A DNA stretch of 64,000 nucleotides from an uncultured Desulfobacterales bacterium (GTDB taxonomy: Bacteria > Desulfobacterota > Desulfobacteria > Desulfobacterales > SpSt-501). The stretch is taken from assembly GCA_938048455.1 (NCBI GenBank), contig CALIUY010000009.1:582-64581 (forward strand), written 5' to 3'. The position numbers were made by a program, and so were the translations under genes. Below the pieces are notes generated by a model. It worked only from the letters and a program-made list of their open reading frames with translations, was not told the DNA's origin and did not search any database. The stretch's first letter is position 1. The number at the start of each line of letters is the position of its first letter. Shown here piece by piece: positions 36,962 to 47,827 of the stretch.

Positions 36962-38238
36962 TCGCCGTCTTCGCCTTCAGCTTTCTCGGCCTGCTTTGCA
37001 TCTCGGCCCCGATCACGGTGGCGTTGGGCGGCTCGGCCCTCGCCTACGCCCTGATCAGCGGCGATGTCCCCATCACGACCCTGATCCAGACCACCTTCGG
37101 GGGGCTCGCCACCTTTCCCTTGCTTGCCATCCCTCTCTTCATGCTCGCCGGCAACCTCATGAACGAGGGGGGAATCACCCCCGATCTCGTGCGTTTCGCC
37201 CGCCTGCTCCTCGGCCACATCCGCGGCGGTTTGGGGCTTGCCACGATCCTCGCCTGCGCGATCTTCGCCGCGATTTCGGGGGCGGCCGTGGCCACCGCGG
37301 TCGCGATCGGGGTGGTCATGATCCCGGCCATGAAGGAGGCGGGCTACGACGAAGAGGTCGGCGCGGCGATGACCTCGGTCGCCTCCTGCATGGGACCCAT
37401 CATCCCGCCGAGCATCCCCTTCATCATTTACGGGGTCGCGGCGAACATCTCCGTCGGCGCGCTTTTTTTGGGCGGGGTTTTTCCGGGCCTGCTCCTCGGA
37501 CTCTCGCTCATGCTCTACATGTACTTCGTCGCCCGCAAGCGCAACTACCCCATCGATCCCCCGACCCCCTTGCGCGACCTCGGGATCGCCGCCTGGAAAG
37601 CGCTGCCCGCGCTCTTCATGCCGATTCTGATTATGGGCGGGATCCTGAGCGGAATCTTCACCCCGACCGAAGCGGCGGGCGTAACCGTGATCTACGCCGT
37701 GCTCGTCGGGTTTTTCGTTTACCGCAAGCTGCGGCTCCGGCGGATCCCGGCGGTTCTTTTGCAGGCCGGACTCGAGTCCGGAATGGTGATGCTCCTGATC
37801 GCCCTCTCCGAGCCCTTCTCCTGGATCGTCGCCGCGGACCAGATCCCGCAGATGCTGATCGACTGGATCTCGCAGCTCACGACCTCGCCGTACGCGATCC
37901 TGCTCTTGATCAACGTCTTCCTGTTGCTTCTGGGCATCCCGATCGAAACCGCTCCGGGGATCGTCATCGTCACCCCGGTGCTGGCGCCGATTGCGGCCTC
38001 CCTGGGAATCGATCCGGTGCACATCGGGATCGTGATCTGCTTGAATCTCGTCCTCGGGCTCGTCACCCCGCCGGTCGGCGCGGTCCTCTTCGCCGTCTGC
38101 GGGGTAGCGAACATTTCGCTCGACAAGCTCGGCAAGGCCGTCTGGAAGCCTTTTTTCGTCGCCCTCGCCGTGCTCGCCATCGTGACCTACGTGCCGTGGC
38201 TGAGCACCTGGCTGCCCAAGACCTTCCTCGGCTACTGA
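36958..38238 (+). CDS. dctM: TRAP transporter large permease (DctM family)
   Basis: The ATG overlaps the dctQ stop (ATGA). A 12-TM protein with [22 protein letters not shown]. Confidence 0.9.
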   Translation: MIAVFAFSFLGLLCISAPITVALGGSALAYALISGDVPITTLIQTTFGGLATFPLLAIPLFMLAGNLMNEGGITPDLVRFARLLLGHIRGGLGLATILACAIFAAISGAAVATAVAIGVVMIPAMKEAGYDEEVGAAMTSVASCMGPIIPPSIPFIIYGVAANISVGALFLGGVFPGLLLGLSLMLYMYFVARKRNYPIDPPTPLRDLGIAAWKALPALFMPILIMGGILSGIFTPTEAAGVTVIYAVLVGFFVYRKLRLRRIPAVLLQAGLESGMVMLLIALSEPFSWIVAADQIPQMLIDWISQLTTSPYAILLLINVFLLLLGIPIETAPGIVIVTPVLAPIAASLGIDPVHIGIVICLNLVLGLVTPPVGAVLFAVCGVANISLDKLGKAVWKPFFVALAVLAIVTYVPWLSTWLPKTFLGY

Positions 38239-38357
38239 TCCGGGGCCGCACCCGGGGGGGATCCTCCGGACGCGGCGTCCGCCAATCCTTCCGCGGCCTT
38301 CCGCGCCGGCTGCTGGGCCGGGGGTGCAGGCCGCGCCTTCTCCCGGAGGTGAATCCG

Positions 38358-40052
38358 ATGGCCCATCCCGCTGAACCCCGCGGACCGCTTCGCTCCTCGA
38401 TCCTGACCCGTGGCACCGACCGCGCCACCCACCGCGCGCTCCTTTACTCCATGGGCTGGCGCGCCGAGCACTTGGAGAAGCCGCTCGTCGCCGTGGTCAA
38501 TTCCTTCAACGAGCTCATGCCCGGGCACGTGCATCTGAACGCGCTCTGCCAGGCGGTCAAGCTCGGGATCGCCGAGGCAGGCGGGCTGCCGCTCGAGTTT
38601 CCGACCATCGCCGTCTGCGACGGCCTGGCGACCGGCCACGCCGGGATGCGCATGCCCATGCCGAGCCGCGAGCTGATCGCCGACTCGATCGAAATCATGA
38701 TCACGGCGCACGCCTTCGACGCCATGGTCCTCATCACCAACTGCGACAAGGTGACCCCGGGGATGCTCATGGCCGCGGCCCGTCTGAACCTCCCCGCCCT
38801 CTTGATCGCCGGAGGCCCGATGGATACGGGCTGCTGGTGCGGCCAACGCGTCTGCTACAACGACCTCATGGAGGCCGAAGGCCGGGTCGAGCGCGGCGAA
38901 ATGAGCCCGGAGGAACTCGCCCGGCTCGAGGAGGTGGCCGTCTGGGGCCCCGGGGCCTGCGCCATGATGGGAACGGCGAACTCGATGAACATCCTGACCG
39001 AGGCCCTGGGCATGACGCTCCCCGACGGCGCCCTGACACCGGCCACCTCCGGGGCGCGGATGGCGCTCGCGCGCCGCGCGGGGCGTGCGATCCTCGAGCT
39101 CCACCGACGCGACCTCCGACCGCGCGATATTCTGACGCGCGAGGCGTTCGAAAACGCTCTCGCCGTGGACATGGCCGTCGGCGGCTCGACGAACACCTGC
39201 CTGCATCTGCCGGCGATCGCTCAGGCCGCCGGGGTTCCCCTGACGCTCGAGGATTTCGCCGTCGCCTCTTCCCGCTATCCCCACCTCGTGCTCCTCAAGC
39301 CGGCCGGAAAGCACTTCCCGCTCGACTTCTACAACGCCGGCGGGGTGCCCGCGCTGATGAAAGAGCTTCTCGACCGGGGTCTGCTCCGCGGAGGCTGCCT
39401 CACGGCGACCGGCCGCACCCAAGCCGAAAACCTGGAAGGCCGGCGCATCCTCGACCCGGAGGTGATCCACCCCGTCTCCTCCCCCCTCAGCCCGAGGGGC
39501 GGGATCGCCGTCCTCCGGGGCAGCCTCGCCCCGGGGGGCGCGGTGGTCAAACGGGCGGCCGTTGTTCCGGCCATGTTGCGCCATGCGGGTCCGGCCCGGG
39601 TCTTCGAGCAGGAGGAGGCGGCGCTCGCCGCCATCTTCGGCGGCCGCATCCGGCCGGGCGACGTCGTCGTCATCCGCTACGAAGGGCCCCAAGGAGGACC
39701 GGGGATGCGCGAGCAGCTTCTGCCCACCTCGGCACTCGTCGGCATGGGGCTTGGCGAGTCGGTGGCGCTCGTGACCGACGGCCGATTTTCCGGGGCGACC
39801 CGCGGGGCCTGCGTCGGCCACGTCACCCCGGAGGCCTACCGGGGCGGACCGATCGCTCTCGTGCAGGAGGGGGACCGGATCGAGATCGATATCCCGGCCG
39901 GCCGCATCGAGCTCGCGGTGCCCGCCCCCGAACTCGAGCGCCGGCGGGCGGCATGGCGCATCCCCGAGCGGTTGCGACTCGAGCCGGGAAGCCTCCTCGA
40001 GCGCTACCGTCGCCTGGTCGGGCCGGCCGACCGCGGCTGCATCCTGGGCTGA
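38358..40052 (+). CDS. ilvD: Dihydroxy-acid dehydratase (IlvD/Edd family)
   Basis: Motifs [21 protein letters not shown] and [10 protein letters not shown]. The ORF-track entry 36996..40052 is real only from this Met onward. Confidence 0.85.
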   Translation: MAHPAEPRGPLRSSILTRGTDRATHRALLYSMGWRAEHLEKPLVAVVNSFNELMPGHVHLNALCQAVKLGIAEAGGLPLEFPTIAVCDGLATGHAGMRMPMPSRELIADSIEIMITAHAFDAMVLITNCDKVTPGMLMAAARLNLPALLIAGGPMDTGCWCGQRVCYNDLMEAEGRVERGEMSPEELARLEEVAVWGPGACAMMGTANSMNILTEALGMTLPDGALTPATSGARMALARRAGRAILELHRRDLRPRDILTREAFENALAVDMAVGGSTNTCLHLPAIAQAAGVPLTLEDFAVASSRYPHLVLLKPAGKHFPLDFYNAGGVPALMKELLDRGLLRGGCLTATGRTQAENLEGRRILDPEVIHPVSSPLSPRGGIAVLRGSLAPGGAVVKRAAVVPAMLRHAGPARVFEQEEAALAAIFGGRIRPGDVVVIRYEGPQGGPGMREQLLPTSALVGMGLGESVALVTDGRFSGATRGACVGHVTPEAYRGGPIALVQEGDRIEIDIPAGRIELAVPAPELERRRAAWRIPERLRLEPGSLLERYRRLVGPADRGCILG

Positions 40053-40173
40053 AAGGCCGCCCTTTCCGCCCCGCCTCGGGCCGTCCTTTCTTGACTTGGC
40101 TCGCCGCTTGACATAAGGATGCGCTTCCCCGTGTATGCCGCACCCGAAAGGGCCGGCCCGGCATGAGCCTGCG

Positions 40174-42201
40174 ATGAAAAAGACCAAAATCGGCGCCGTC
40201 CGCAACATCGGCATCATCGCCCATATCGACGCCGGCAAGACGACGGTGACGGAGCGGATCCTTTTCTACACCGGCCGCTCGCACAAGCTGGGCGAGGTCC
40301 ACGACGGCGAGGCCGTCATGGATTGGATGCCCGACGAGCAGGAACGCGGCATCACGATCACCTCGGCGGTCACGACCTGTCCCTGGCAGGAGGTCGAAAT
40401 CCACCTCATCGACACGCCGGGCCACGTGGACTTCACGATCGAGGTGGAGCGCTCGCTGCGCGTGCTCGACGGCGCGGTCGGCGTCTTCAGCGCCGTGGAA
40501 GGCGTCGAGCCGCAGTCGGAGACGGTCTGGCGCCAGGCGGACAAGTACCGGGTGCCCAAGATCGCCTTCCTGAACAAGATGGACCGCGTGGGGGCGGACT
40601 TCTTCGGCACGGTGGCGATGATGAAGGAAAAACTGAACGCCCGGCCCCTCGTGCTCCAGCTCCCCTTAGGCAGCGGCGAGGACTTCCGCGGCGTGATCGA
40701 TCTGTTGCAGATGAAGCGCATCGAGTGGGACGAGGCCTCGCTCGGGACGGTCTTCCGCCTCGAGGAGATCCCCGCGGAACTCGCCCCCCAGGCCGCGGAG
40801 TACCGCGAGCGGCTCGTCGCCGCCGCGGCCGAGTTCGACGAGGCGTTGATGGAGGCCTATCTCGCCGAACAACCGATCGAGCCGGCCGCCCTTCTCGCCG
40901 CGATCCGCCAGGGGACGATCCGCCTCGAACTCGTGCCGGTGCTCTGCGGGGCCGCCCTGCGCAACAAGGGGATCCAGCCGCTGCTCGACGCCGTGGCGCG
41001 CTTCCTGCCCAGCCCGGTCGACATCCCGCCGGCGCGGGGCGTGCACCCCGAGACCGGCGAGCCGGTCGAGGTGCACGCGCGCGAGTCCGACCCCCTGGTA
41101 GCGCTGATTTTCAAGGTTTCCATGATGGAAGGCCGCAAACTCTGCTTTGCGCGCATCTACAGCGGGCGGCTGAAGGCGGGCAGCGAAGTCTACAACGCGA
41201 CCCTGCGGCGCCGGGAAAAGGTGGCCCGGATCCTGCGCATGCACGCCAACAAGCGGGAGCGGATTGAGGAGGCGGCGGCGGGGAGCATCATCGGCATCAT
41301 GGGGCTCAAGGACTCCTCGACCGGCGACACCCTTTGCACGCCCGAGCGCCCCGTGATGCTCGAGCGGATCGAGGCCTACGAGCCGGTGATTTCGGTGGCG
41401 ATCGAGCCCAAGACCCACGCCGATCAAGAAAAGCTCGACGAGATCCTCGAGAAGTTCACCGCGGAGGACCCGACGCTGCGCGTGCGCAAGGATGAGGACA
41501 CCGGCCAGACGATCCTCTCGGGCATGGGCGAGTTGCACCTCGAGGTCGTCACCAGCCGCATGCAGCGCGAGTTCAACACCCACGTGAACGTGGGCCGGCC
41601 CCAGGTCGTCTACCGCGAGACGATCGCCTCCCCGGCTCGGGCGTCGGCCGTCTTCGACCGCGACATCGCCGGGACGCGCCACTTCGCCGAAGTGGAAATC
41701 GAGCTCCGCCCGCTGCCCCGCGGTACGGGAACCTCCTTCGGCGCGGCGATCCCTGCCGACGCCCTGCCGTCCCTCTTCCTCGAGGCCGCGCGGAAGGGAG
41801 CGATGTCCGCGCTGGAGAGCGGGCCGGTCTCCGGCTATCCCGTGGTCGACGTGGCCGTCTCCCTCGTGCGGGCCGTGCCCCAGGACAACTCGAGCGAGCT
41901 CGCCTTCACCGTCGCCGCCTCCATGGCCTGCCGCGAGGCGCTGGGGCGCGGGGCGCCCTTCCTCCTGGAGCCGATCATGACTGCCGAGGTCCTCGTCCCC
42001 GAAGCCTTCCTGGGCGAGGTCATCGGCGAGCTGAACGCGCGCAACGGCAAGATCGAGTCGATCGAGCACAAGCTGGGCGTCCAGGTGGTGACCGTCACCG
42101 TGCCGCTGTCGCGCATGTTCGGCTACTCGACGGCCCTGCGCTCGGCGACCCAGGGCCGCGGGACCTTCACCATGCAGTTCGCCCGCTTCGACCGCCCTTA
42201 A
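40174..42201 (+). CDS. fusA: Elongation factor G paralog (stand-alone, not in an rpsL-rpsG-fusA-tuf context)
   Basis: Motifs [22 protein letters not shown] and NKMDR, with EF-G domains II-V over the full length. Confidence 0.85.
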   Translation: MKKTKIGAVRNIGIIAHIDAGKTTVTERILFYTGRSHKLGEVHDGEAVMDWMPDEQERGITITSAVTTCPWQEVEIHLIDTPGHVDFTIEVERSLRVLDGAVGVFSAVEGVEPQSETVWRQADKYRVPKIAFLNKMDRVGADFFGTVAMMKEKLNARPLVLQLPLGSGEDFRGVIDLLQMKRIEWDEASLGTVFRLEEIPAELAPQAAEYRERLVAAAAEFDEALMEAYLAEQPIEPAALLAAIRQGTIRLELVPVLCGAALRNKGIQPLLDAVARFLPSPVDIPPARGVHPETGEPVEVHARESDPLVALIFKVSMMEGRKLCFARIYSGRLKAGSEVYNATLRRREKVARILRMHANKRERIEEAAAGSIIGIMGLKDSSTGDTLCTPERPVMLERIEAYEPVISVAIEPKTHADQEKLDEILEKFTAEDPTLRVRKDEDTGQTILSGMGELHLEVVTSRMQREFNTHVNVGRPQVVYRETIASPARASAVFDRDIAGTRHFAEVEIELRPLPRGTGTSFGAAIPADALPSLFLEAARKGAMSALESGPVSGYPVVDVAVSLVRAVPQDNSSELAFTVAASMACREALGRGAPFLLEPIMTAEVLVPEAFLGEVIGELNARNGKIESIEHKLGVQVVTVTVPLSRMFGYSTALRSATQGRGTFTMQFARFDRP

Positions 42202-42219
42202 GCCGTCCGCCCCCGGCCT

Positions 42220-43656
42220 TCAGCCATTCTGCATCCGCTTTTCAGCCTGGATTTCGCGCTCGGCGTCCTGCAGCCACCGCAGCAGCCGCTCGCGCAGATC
42301 GCTTTCCACGGCGTGGCGCAGCCCGTTGCGGAACTGGATTGCCGCGGTTTTGAAATCCCGCGACTTGTAATGGTAGACCCCGAGCGTGTGGTGGGCCTCG
42401 GCCAGGCGCCCTTCGCGGCCCAGGGCCTGGCCGAGAAAGTAGAGGCCCTCGCGGAACTCGGGCGCGGCCCCGGCGAGCTCCTGAAAGAGCGCGACCGCCT
42501 CGTCCAGCCGCCCCGTCTCCAGCCGGGTGCGGCCGAGGAAGAGAAGCGTGTCCGGATCGCCGGGGAGCCGACGCCGGACGGTCTCGAAGAGCGCGGCGGC
42601 CTCTTCGAGCCTTCCCGCCTGGAAATAAGCCCGCCCCAAATCCCTCAGCAGCCAGGGGTTGAAAGCGTCCCGGGTGAGCAGCCGCTGCAGCTCGGAGGCG
42701 GCCTCCGCGGGTCGGTTCCCCTTGAGCAGCAAGAGCGCTCGACGGTGCCGCGCGATCCTGTTCTCCGGCTCGCGGCCGAGGATCTCCTCCTGGCGGACGA
42801 GCTCGGTGGAAGGGTCGGTCGTCTCCGTCAAGATGCGCGTGAGGAAGCGCTCCCAGGCCGCGGGATCGCCCTCCCGGCGTTGGCGGCCCGCCTCCGGGTG
42901 CTGCTCGATCCAATTGGCGATCATGCCGATCCGATCCTCGATCGCGGGGTGGGTGAGCATATAGGTCGGCACCTGGCCCTTGCCGAACGCCTGCCGGGCG
43001 CGGATCTTCCGCAGGATGCGGAGCAGCCCCTCGGCCCCGTAGCCCGCCTCCTTCAGAAACTGCAGTCCGAAGTGGTCGGCCTGAGCTTCGTTCTCGCGGC
43101 TGAAAGCGAGCTGAATCGTCGCCCCCGCCGCGGCCGAGCCCATCATTGTCGCCGTGGCGGCCGCCCCGCTGCCGGCGGCGACGCCGAGGAGCATCCCGGC
43201 CGCCATCCCCGCAAGCTGCGCCCAGCCGACTTTCTTGGCCAGATCGATCTTCTGCGAAATGTGGCGGCAGTAGACGTGGGCGATTTCGTGGCCGAGGATG
43301 CCCGCGAGCTCCTCCTCGCCCTCCATCGCCGCGATCAGCCCGCTGTAAAGAAAGACGTGGCCCGCCGGAGTTGCAAACGCGTTGAAGGTGTCTTGCTGGA
43401 TGACGTAAAAGCGGTAGCGAAAAGGCGGATCCGGCAGGCCGGCGAGAAGGCTACGGCCCACCTCGTCCACGTAGGCCGTGATGTAAGGGTCGTCGACGAC
43501 GGGCATGCGGCGGAAGATGTACCGCAGGATCTCCTGCGAGAGCTCCTCTTCCTCGCCGAAGGTGATCCCCGCCGCCGGCGGCGGGACAAGCAGGCTCGCC
43601 GCGAGCGCCAGGGCAAGCAGCCGCGGCATCGGGCGGAATCTCGAGATCGATCGCAT
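42220..43656 (-). CDS. M48-family Zn-metalloprotease with C-terminal TPR repeats (BepA/YfgC-like), exported
   Basis: HEIAHVYCRH (HExxH) and signal peptide MRSISRFRPMPRLLALALAASLL. The internal ATG at 43656 is preferred over the ORF-track start at 43860. Confidence 0.8.
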   Translation of the reverse strand: MRSISRFRPMPRLLALALAASLLVPPPAAGITFGEEEELSQEILRYIFRRMPVVDDPYITAYVDEVGRSLLAGLPDPPFRYRFYVIQQDTFNAFATPAGHVFLYSGLIAAMEGEEELAGILGHEIAHVYCRHISQKIDLAKKVGWAQLAGMAAGMLLGVAAGSGAAATATMMGSAAAGATIQLAFSRENEAQADHFGLQFLKEAGYGAEGLLRILRKIRARQAFGKGQVPTYMLTHPAIEDRIGMIANWIEQHPEAGRQRREGDPAAWERFLTRILTETTDPSTELVRQEEILGREPENRIARHRRALLLLKGNRPAEAASELQRLLTRDAFNPWLLRDLGRAYFQAGRLEEAAALFETVRRRLPGDPDTLLFLGRTRLETGRLDEAVALFQELAGAAPEFREGLYFLGQALGREGRLAEAHHTLGVYHYKSRDFKTAAIQFRNGLRHAVESDLRERLLRWLQDAEREIQAEKRMQNG

Positions 43657-43795
43657 GGAAATCTCCGGAGGACGCGCCGCTTTTCTGTTTTCCGGGGACA
43701 AACAGGCCCCGGCGGCTTCGCGCCTCGCTGATGCACCGAATATCGCACAGTTTCGCATTCTTTTCAAAGCGCGGGTTTTGTGGTAGAGCCGCCCC

Positions 43796-44581
43796 ATGTC
43801 CAAGGTCCTCTGCATCGCCAACCAAAAGGGCGGGGTGGGCAAAACCACGACCGCGATCAACCTCTCGGCCTCGCTCGCCGCCTTGGAAAAACGGACCCTG
43901 CTCGTCGACTGCGATCCTCAGGCGAACGCCACCTCCGGTCTGGGGATCGCCAAGGCCGGCCTTTCCCGGACCCTCTACGACGGGCTTCTCGGTCGGGCGA
44001 CCGCCCAGGAGTTGCTGCAGGGGAGCGAGCTTCCCTTTCTGCGGATTCTGCCCGCGAACGTGGATTTGATCGGCTTCGAAGTGGAAATGATGGGCGAAGA
44101 GGGCTCCGAAACCGCGCTAAGACGGCTGCTGGATCCCCTGCGGGAAGACTTCGATCACATCCTGCTCGACTGCCCGCCCTCGCTCAGCCTCCTCACGGTG
44201 AACGCGCTCACGGCGGCCGACGCCCTGCTCATCCCGCTGCAGTGCGAGTACTACGCGCTCGAGGGGCTGGGGCAGCTGCTCGAGACCGTGCAACGCGTGC
44301 GCCGCTCCCTGAACCCCGCGCTCGCCGTCGCCGGGATCCTGCTGACGATGTTCGACCGTCGCACCAACCTCTCCCACCAGGTCGCCGAGGAGGCCGAGAA
44401 CCATTTCCCGAACCTCGTCTTCCGCACTCGGGTCCCACGCAACATCCGGCTGAGCGAAGCGCCGAGCTTCGGCAAACCGATCTTGCTCTACGACGCCTCC
44501 TCCGCCGGGGCCCAGAGCTACGTCGAGCTCGCCCGCGAGCTGCTCGACCCGGCGCGGGAACGACGTGCCGCCGCGAGGTAA
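43796..44581 (+). CDS. parA: Chromosome-partitioning ATPase ParA/Soj
   Basis: [15 protein letters not shown] (deviant Walker A) and VDCDPQ. Confidence 0.9.
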   Translation: MSKVLCIANQKGGVGKTTTAINLSASLAALEKRTLLVDCDPQANATSGLGIAKAGLSRTLYDGLLGRATAQELLQGSELPFLRILPANVDLIGFEVEMMGEEGSETALRRLLDPLREDFDHILLDCPPSLSLLTVNALTAADALLIPLQCEYYALEGLGQLLETVQRVRRSLNPALAVAGILLTMFDRRTNLSHQVAEEAENHFPNLVFRTRVPRNIRLSEAPSFGKPILLYDASSAGAQSYVELARELLDPARERRAAAR

Positions 44582-44586
44582 ACCGC

Positions 44587-45489
44587 ATGGACAAGCCCCA
44601 TCCCCCCACCTCGGATGCGCCCGCGAAGCGGAAAAAGCTCGCTCTCGGCCGCGGGCTCGGGGCCCTCCTGCCCGGCGGGACCGCCGCGGGAGCCCCCGAC
44701 GGCGAATATTTCCTCTGCGACATCGACCTCATCCGGCCCAACCCGGTGCAGCCCCGCCGGCGCTTTGCGGAGAACGAACTCGAGGAGCTCGCCGCCTCGA
44801 TCCGCAGTCAGGGGATTCTCCAGCCGCTGGTCGTGCGCCGCACGCCGGCCGGCTTCGAGCTGATCGCCGGCGAACGGCGGCTGCGCGCCGCCCGCCGCGC
44901 CGGCCTCGCGCGCGTGCCGGTCGTGCTGCGCGAGGTGAGCGACGACCGGTTGCTCGAGATCTCCCTCGTCGAGAACATCCAGCGGGCGGAGCTGAACCCC
45001 CTTGAGGAAGCCGAGGCCTACCACCAGCTGGTTCACCGACTGCAGTTGACCCAGGAGGAGGTCGCCCGGCGCGTCGGGAAAAGCCGCTCGACGGTGGCGA
45101 ACTTCCTGCGGCTGCGGCAGCTTCCCCCGCCCATCCGCCAGAGCATCGAGGTGGGCGAACTCAGCATGGGGCATGCCCGGGCGCTGCTTTCCTCGGAGCA
45201 GCCCGCTCAGCAGCTCGCCGCCTGGAAGGAGGTCGTCGGTCGCGGCCTATCCGTACGCGAAACCGAGGCCCTGATGCGGCGACTCAAGGAGACCCCGAAG
45301 GAGAGGCGCGTGCGGCCGCGGCGGCCGGAGACGCTCCACCTCGAGCGCCTGGCCGAGGACCTCTCGCGGACACTCGGAACCAAAGTGACGCTGCGCGCGA
45401 AAGGACCGCGAGGCCGGATCGAAATCGAGTTCTATTCCCCCGAAGATCTCGAACGGCTGATCGAACAGCTGCGCCGCGGGGCTCGCTGA
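44587..45489 (+). CDS. parB: Chromosome-partitioning protein ParB/Spo0J
   Basis: Motifs LGRGLGAL, NPVQPRR, IAGERRLRAA and ENIQRAELNPLEEA. Confidence 0.9.
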   Translation: MDKPHPPTSDAPAKRKKLALGRGLGALLPGGTAAGAPDGEYFLCDIDLIRPNPVQPRRRFAENELEELAASIRSQGILQPLVVRRTPAGFELIAGERRLRAARRAGLARVPVVLREVSDDRLLEISLVENIQRAELNPLEEAEAYHQLVHRLQLTQEEVARRVGKSRSTVANFLRLRQLPPPIRQSIEVGELSMGHARALLSSEQPAQQLAAWKEVVGRGLSVRETEALMRRLKETPKERRVRPRRPETLHLERLAEDLSRTLGTKVTLRAKGPRGRIEIEFYSPEDLERLIEQLRRGAR

Positions 45490-45510
45490 AGCCCGCGGAC
45501 GCGCCCGCCC

Positions 45511-46032
45511 ATGGCCCTGCACCTGCTCATCGACGGCTACAACCTCATCCGCCGCTGCCCCGAGCTGGCTCGCCTCGACCGCGAAGACCTCGCCCGCGGA
45601 CGCGAGGCACTGCTCGCCCGGCTGGCCGTCTACCGCCGCGTGAAAGCGCACCGCATCACCGTCGTCTTCGACGGCGCAGGCGCTCCGGTGGGGCTGCCCG
45701 AGCGCGACCGGAAGGCGGGAATCCGGGTCCTCTTCTCGCGCGGGGGGGAGACCGCCGACCGGCTGATCGCACGGCTTGCGCGCGAGGAGCCGGAAAGCGC
45801 GCTCGTCGTCACCTCGGATGCGGCGCTGCAGCGGGCCGTCTCGTCTTCCGGAGCGGCCGTGGTCTCGGTCGAGGAATTCGCGACACGGCTGGAACTCGCC
45901 CTTGGGGGCGGCGCGGTCGACGACTCCCCGAAGGATTTCGAAGGGCACCGCATCGTCACCCGCAAAAAGGGAAACCCGCGCCGGGCGTCCAAGCGGGAGC
46001 GGCGCACGCGCCGGCAGACCGAGAAGCTCTGA
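45511..46032 (+). CDS. NYN/YacP-like (DUF901) predicted ribonuclease
   Basis: LLIDGYNLI...VVFDG...VVTSD pattern and a basic C-terminal tail. Confidence 0.65.
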   Translation: MALHLLIDGYNLIRRCPELARLDREDLARGREALLARLAVYRRVKAHRITVVFDGAGAPVGLPERDRKAGIRVLFSRGGETADRLIARLAREEPESALVVTSDAALQRAVSSSGAAVVSVEEFATRLELALGGGAVDDSPKDFEGHRIVTRKKGNPRRASKRERRTRRQTEKL

Positions 46033-46041
46033 GGCATCGCG

Positions 46042-47787
46042 ATGAAGATCGTCGTCGCGCGCATGTCCGGTTTCTGCATGGGGGTGCGCCGGGCGGTCGA
46101 GATGATCCTCGACACCCCGGAGCGCCATCCGGGGCCGATCTGTACCTTCGGGCCCCTGATCCACAACCCCCAGGTCCTCGAGCTTCTCGCCTCGCGCAAC
46201 ATCCGCACGTTGGAGGAGGTTCCGGATCGCGGCGAAGGCACGGTGCTGATCCGCGCGCACGGCGTGCCGCCCGAAATCAAACGCCGGCTCAAGGAGAGCG
46301 GGTTCCACGTCATCGACGCCACCTGCCCGCGCGTCGTGCGCGTGCAGTCGATCATCCGCCGGCACGCCCGCCGGCACCACGCGGTCATCATCCTGGGGGA
46401 TCCGGATCACCCGGAGGTGGCCGGACTCCTGGGCTACGCCGGCGAGCGTGGGGTGGTCGTCTCCACTCTTGCCGAGCTCGAGCGCCTGCCGCCCTTCCCC
46501 GAGGCGATCCTCGTCGCCCAGACGACCCAGAACACGGCTCTTTTTCTGGAAGCGGTCGCCTGGGTCGCCCGACGACACCCGCACTACAAGGTTTACCGGA
46601 CGATCTGCGATTCGACCGAGCGCCGCCAGGAGGAGGTGAAGCGGCTGGCGGGCGCCGTGGACGCCCTGATCGTCGTCGGCGGCAAGAGCAGCGGAAATAC
46701 AAGACGCCTCTTCGAGATCGCACGCGCGACGGGCAAACCCGCCTTTCACATCGAGGACGAGCGCGAACTCGAAGGCCTCGATGCGGGGCTGCTTGCCCGC
46801 AGCCGCGCGATCGGGATCACGGCCGGCGCCTCGACCCCGAACTGGGTCATCCGCAAGGTGATCCTGGCGCTCGAACATGCGGTCTTCCGCCGCAAATCCC
46901 CCGGGCACAAGGTCCTCTATGCCTTCATGCGCGCCGCACTCCTCACCAATGCCTACGTCTCGCTCGGCGCGGCCGGCTTGTGCTATGCGGCAAGCTTGCT
47001 CCAAGGCGTCCCGGAAGGCGCAGGAGCCTGGATGGGCGTCGCCTACCTTTATACACAGTCGATGCACATCCTGAACCATTTGACCGGAAGCCGCGCGGAT
47101 CGTTTCAACGAACCCGACCGCGCGCGCTTCTACGAGGAGCGCAAGGTTCCGCTCACCGCCGCGGCGCTCGCTTGCGGGGCGGGCGGTCTCTGTCTCGCCT
47201 TCCTGCAGGGGGGGCTGCCGTTTCTCCTGCTGCTCGCCATGAGTCTGCTGGGTCTCTCCTACCGCCTCGCGGTCCTCCCGCCCGGGCTCGCCCCCGGCGG
47301 AATCCGGCGCCTTCAGGACATCCCCGGCTCGAAGACGGTCCTCATCGCGCTCGCCTGGGGCATGGTCGCCGCCCTGCTGCCGGCGATCGCCGGCGGCCGG
47401 GCTTACTCGCCCGCGGCGGTCCTCGCCTTCGCCTGGACTGCAGCCCTCGTTTTCGTGCGCACGGCCTTTTTCGATCTCCTGGACATGCAGGGGGACCGGC
47501 TCGTCGGCAAGGAGACGATCCCCATCCTGCTGGGGGAGCGTCGTACGCGGCGCATGCTCCAGGCGATCCTCGCCCTCCTGATCGCCGGGTTGCCGACGGC
47601 GACGGCGCTGATGGGACTGCCCGCGATCGGCTATCTTCTCGCCCTTTCGCCCGCGGCCATGCTTGCCGTGCTTGTCGCCTGGGAGCGGGGAGCGGTGCTG
47701 CCCGGCGTGCGCCTCGAGTTTCTGGTCGAAAGCCACATCCTGCTCGCCGGGGGGATCGCCTTGCTGTGGGGTTGGATCACGGCCTAA
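46042..47787 (+). CDS. ispH: IspH (HMBPP reductase) fused to a C-terminal UbiA-superfamily-like polytopic membrane domain
   Basis: The N-terminal ~280 aa carry GFCMGVRRA, DATCPRV, TICDST and GGKSSGNT. The C-terminal ~300 aa have 7-8 TM segments with FFDLLDMQGDRLVGKETIP (UbiA second Asp-rich motif) and a degenerate first motif, NHLTGSRADRFN. Confidence 0.75.
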   Translation: MKIVVARMSGFCMGVRRAVEMILDTPERHPGPICTFGPLIHNPQVLELLASRNIRTLEEVPDRGEGTVLIRAHGVPPEIKRRLKESGFHVIDATCPRVVRVQSIIRRHARRHHAVIILGDPDHPEVAGLLGYAGERGVVVSTLAELERLPPFPEAILVAQTTQNTALFLEAVAWVARRHPHYKVYRTICDSTERRQEEVKRLAGAVDALIVVGGKSSGNTRRLFEIARATGKPAFHIEDERELEGLDAGLLARSRAIGITAGASTPNWVIRKVILALEHAVFRRKSPGHKVLYAFMRAALLTNAYVSLGAAGLCYAASLLQGVPEGAGAWMGVAYLYTQSMHILNHLTGSRADRFNEPDRARFYEERKVPLTAAALACGAGGLCLAFLQGGLPFLLLLAMSLLGLSYRLAVLPPGLAPGGIRRLQDIPGSKTVLIALAWGMVAALLPAIAGGRAYSPAAVLAFAWTAALVFVRTAFFDLLDMQGDRLVGKETIPILLGERRTRRMLQAILALLIAGLPTATALMGLPAIGYLLALSPAAMLAVLVAWERGAVLPGVRLEFLVESHILLAGGIALLWGWITA

Positions 47788-47827
47788 AATCCGGACGGGC
47801 CGCCGCCGCCGCTGCCGGCGGCGGCCC

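Noticed and set aside
38358-40052. The IlvD/Edd-family gene as a sugar-acid dehydratase functionally tied to the upstream TRAP transporter.
   Set aside because: This is possible because the genes are adjacent on the same strand, but a 119-nt gap separates them. The sequence has the standard short-form IlvD motifs, and I cannot discriminate the subfamily without a phylogeny. It is kept as IlvD-family.
43656-45489. parS site or replication origin next to parAB.
   Set aside because: I searched by eye for the TGTTNCACGTGAAACA consensus and found only half-site-like fragments (for example GTTTCACGTATTCC near 27392). No dnaA, dnaN, gidAB or DnaA-box cluster is present. A genome-wide pattern search is needed to be definitive.
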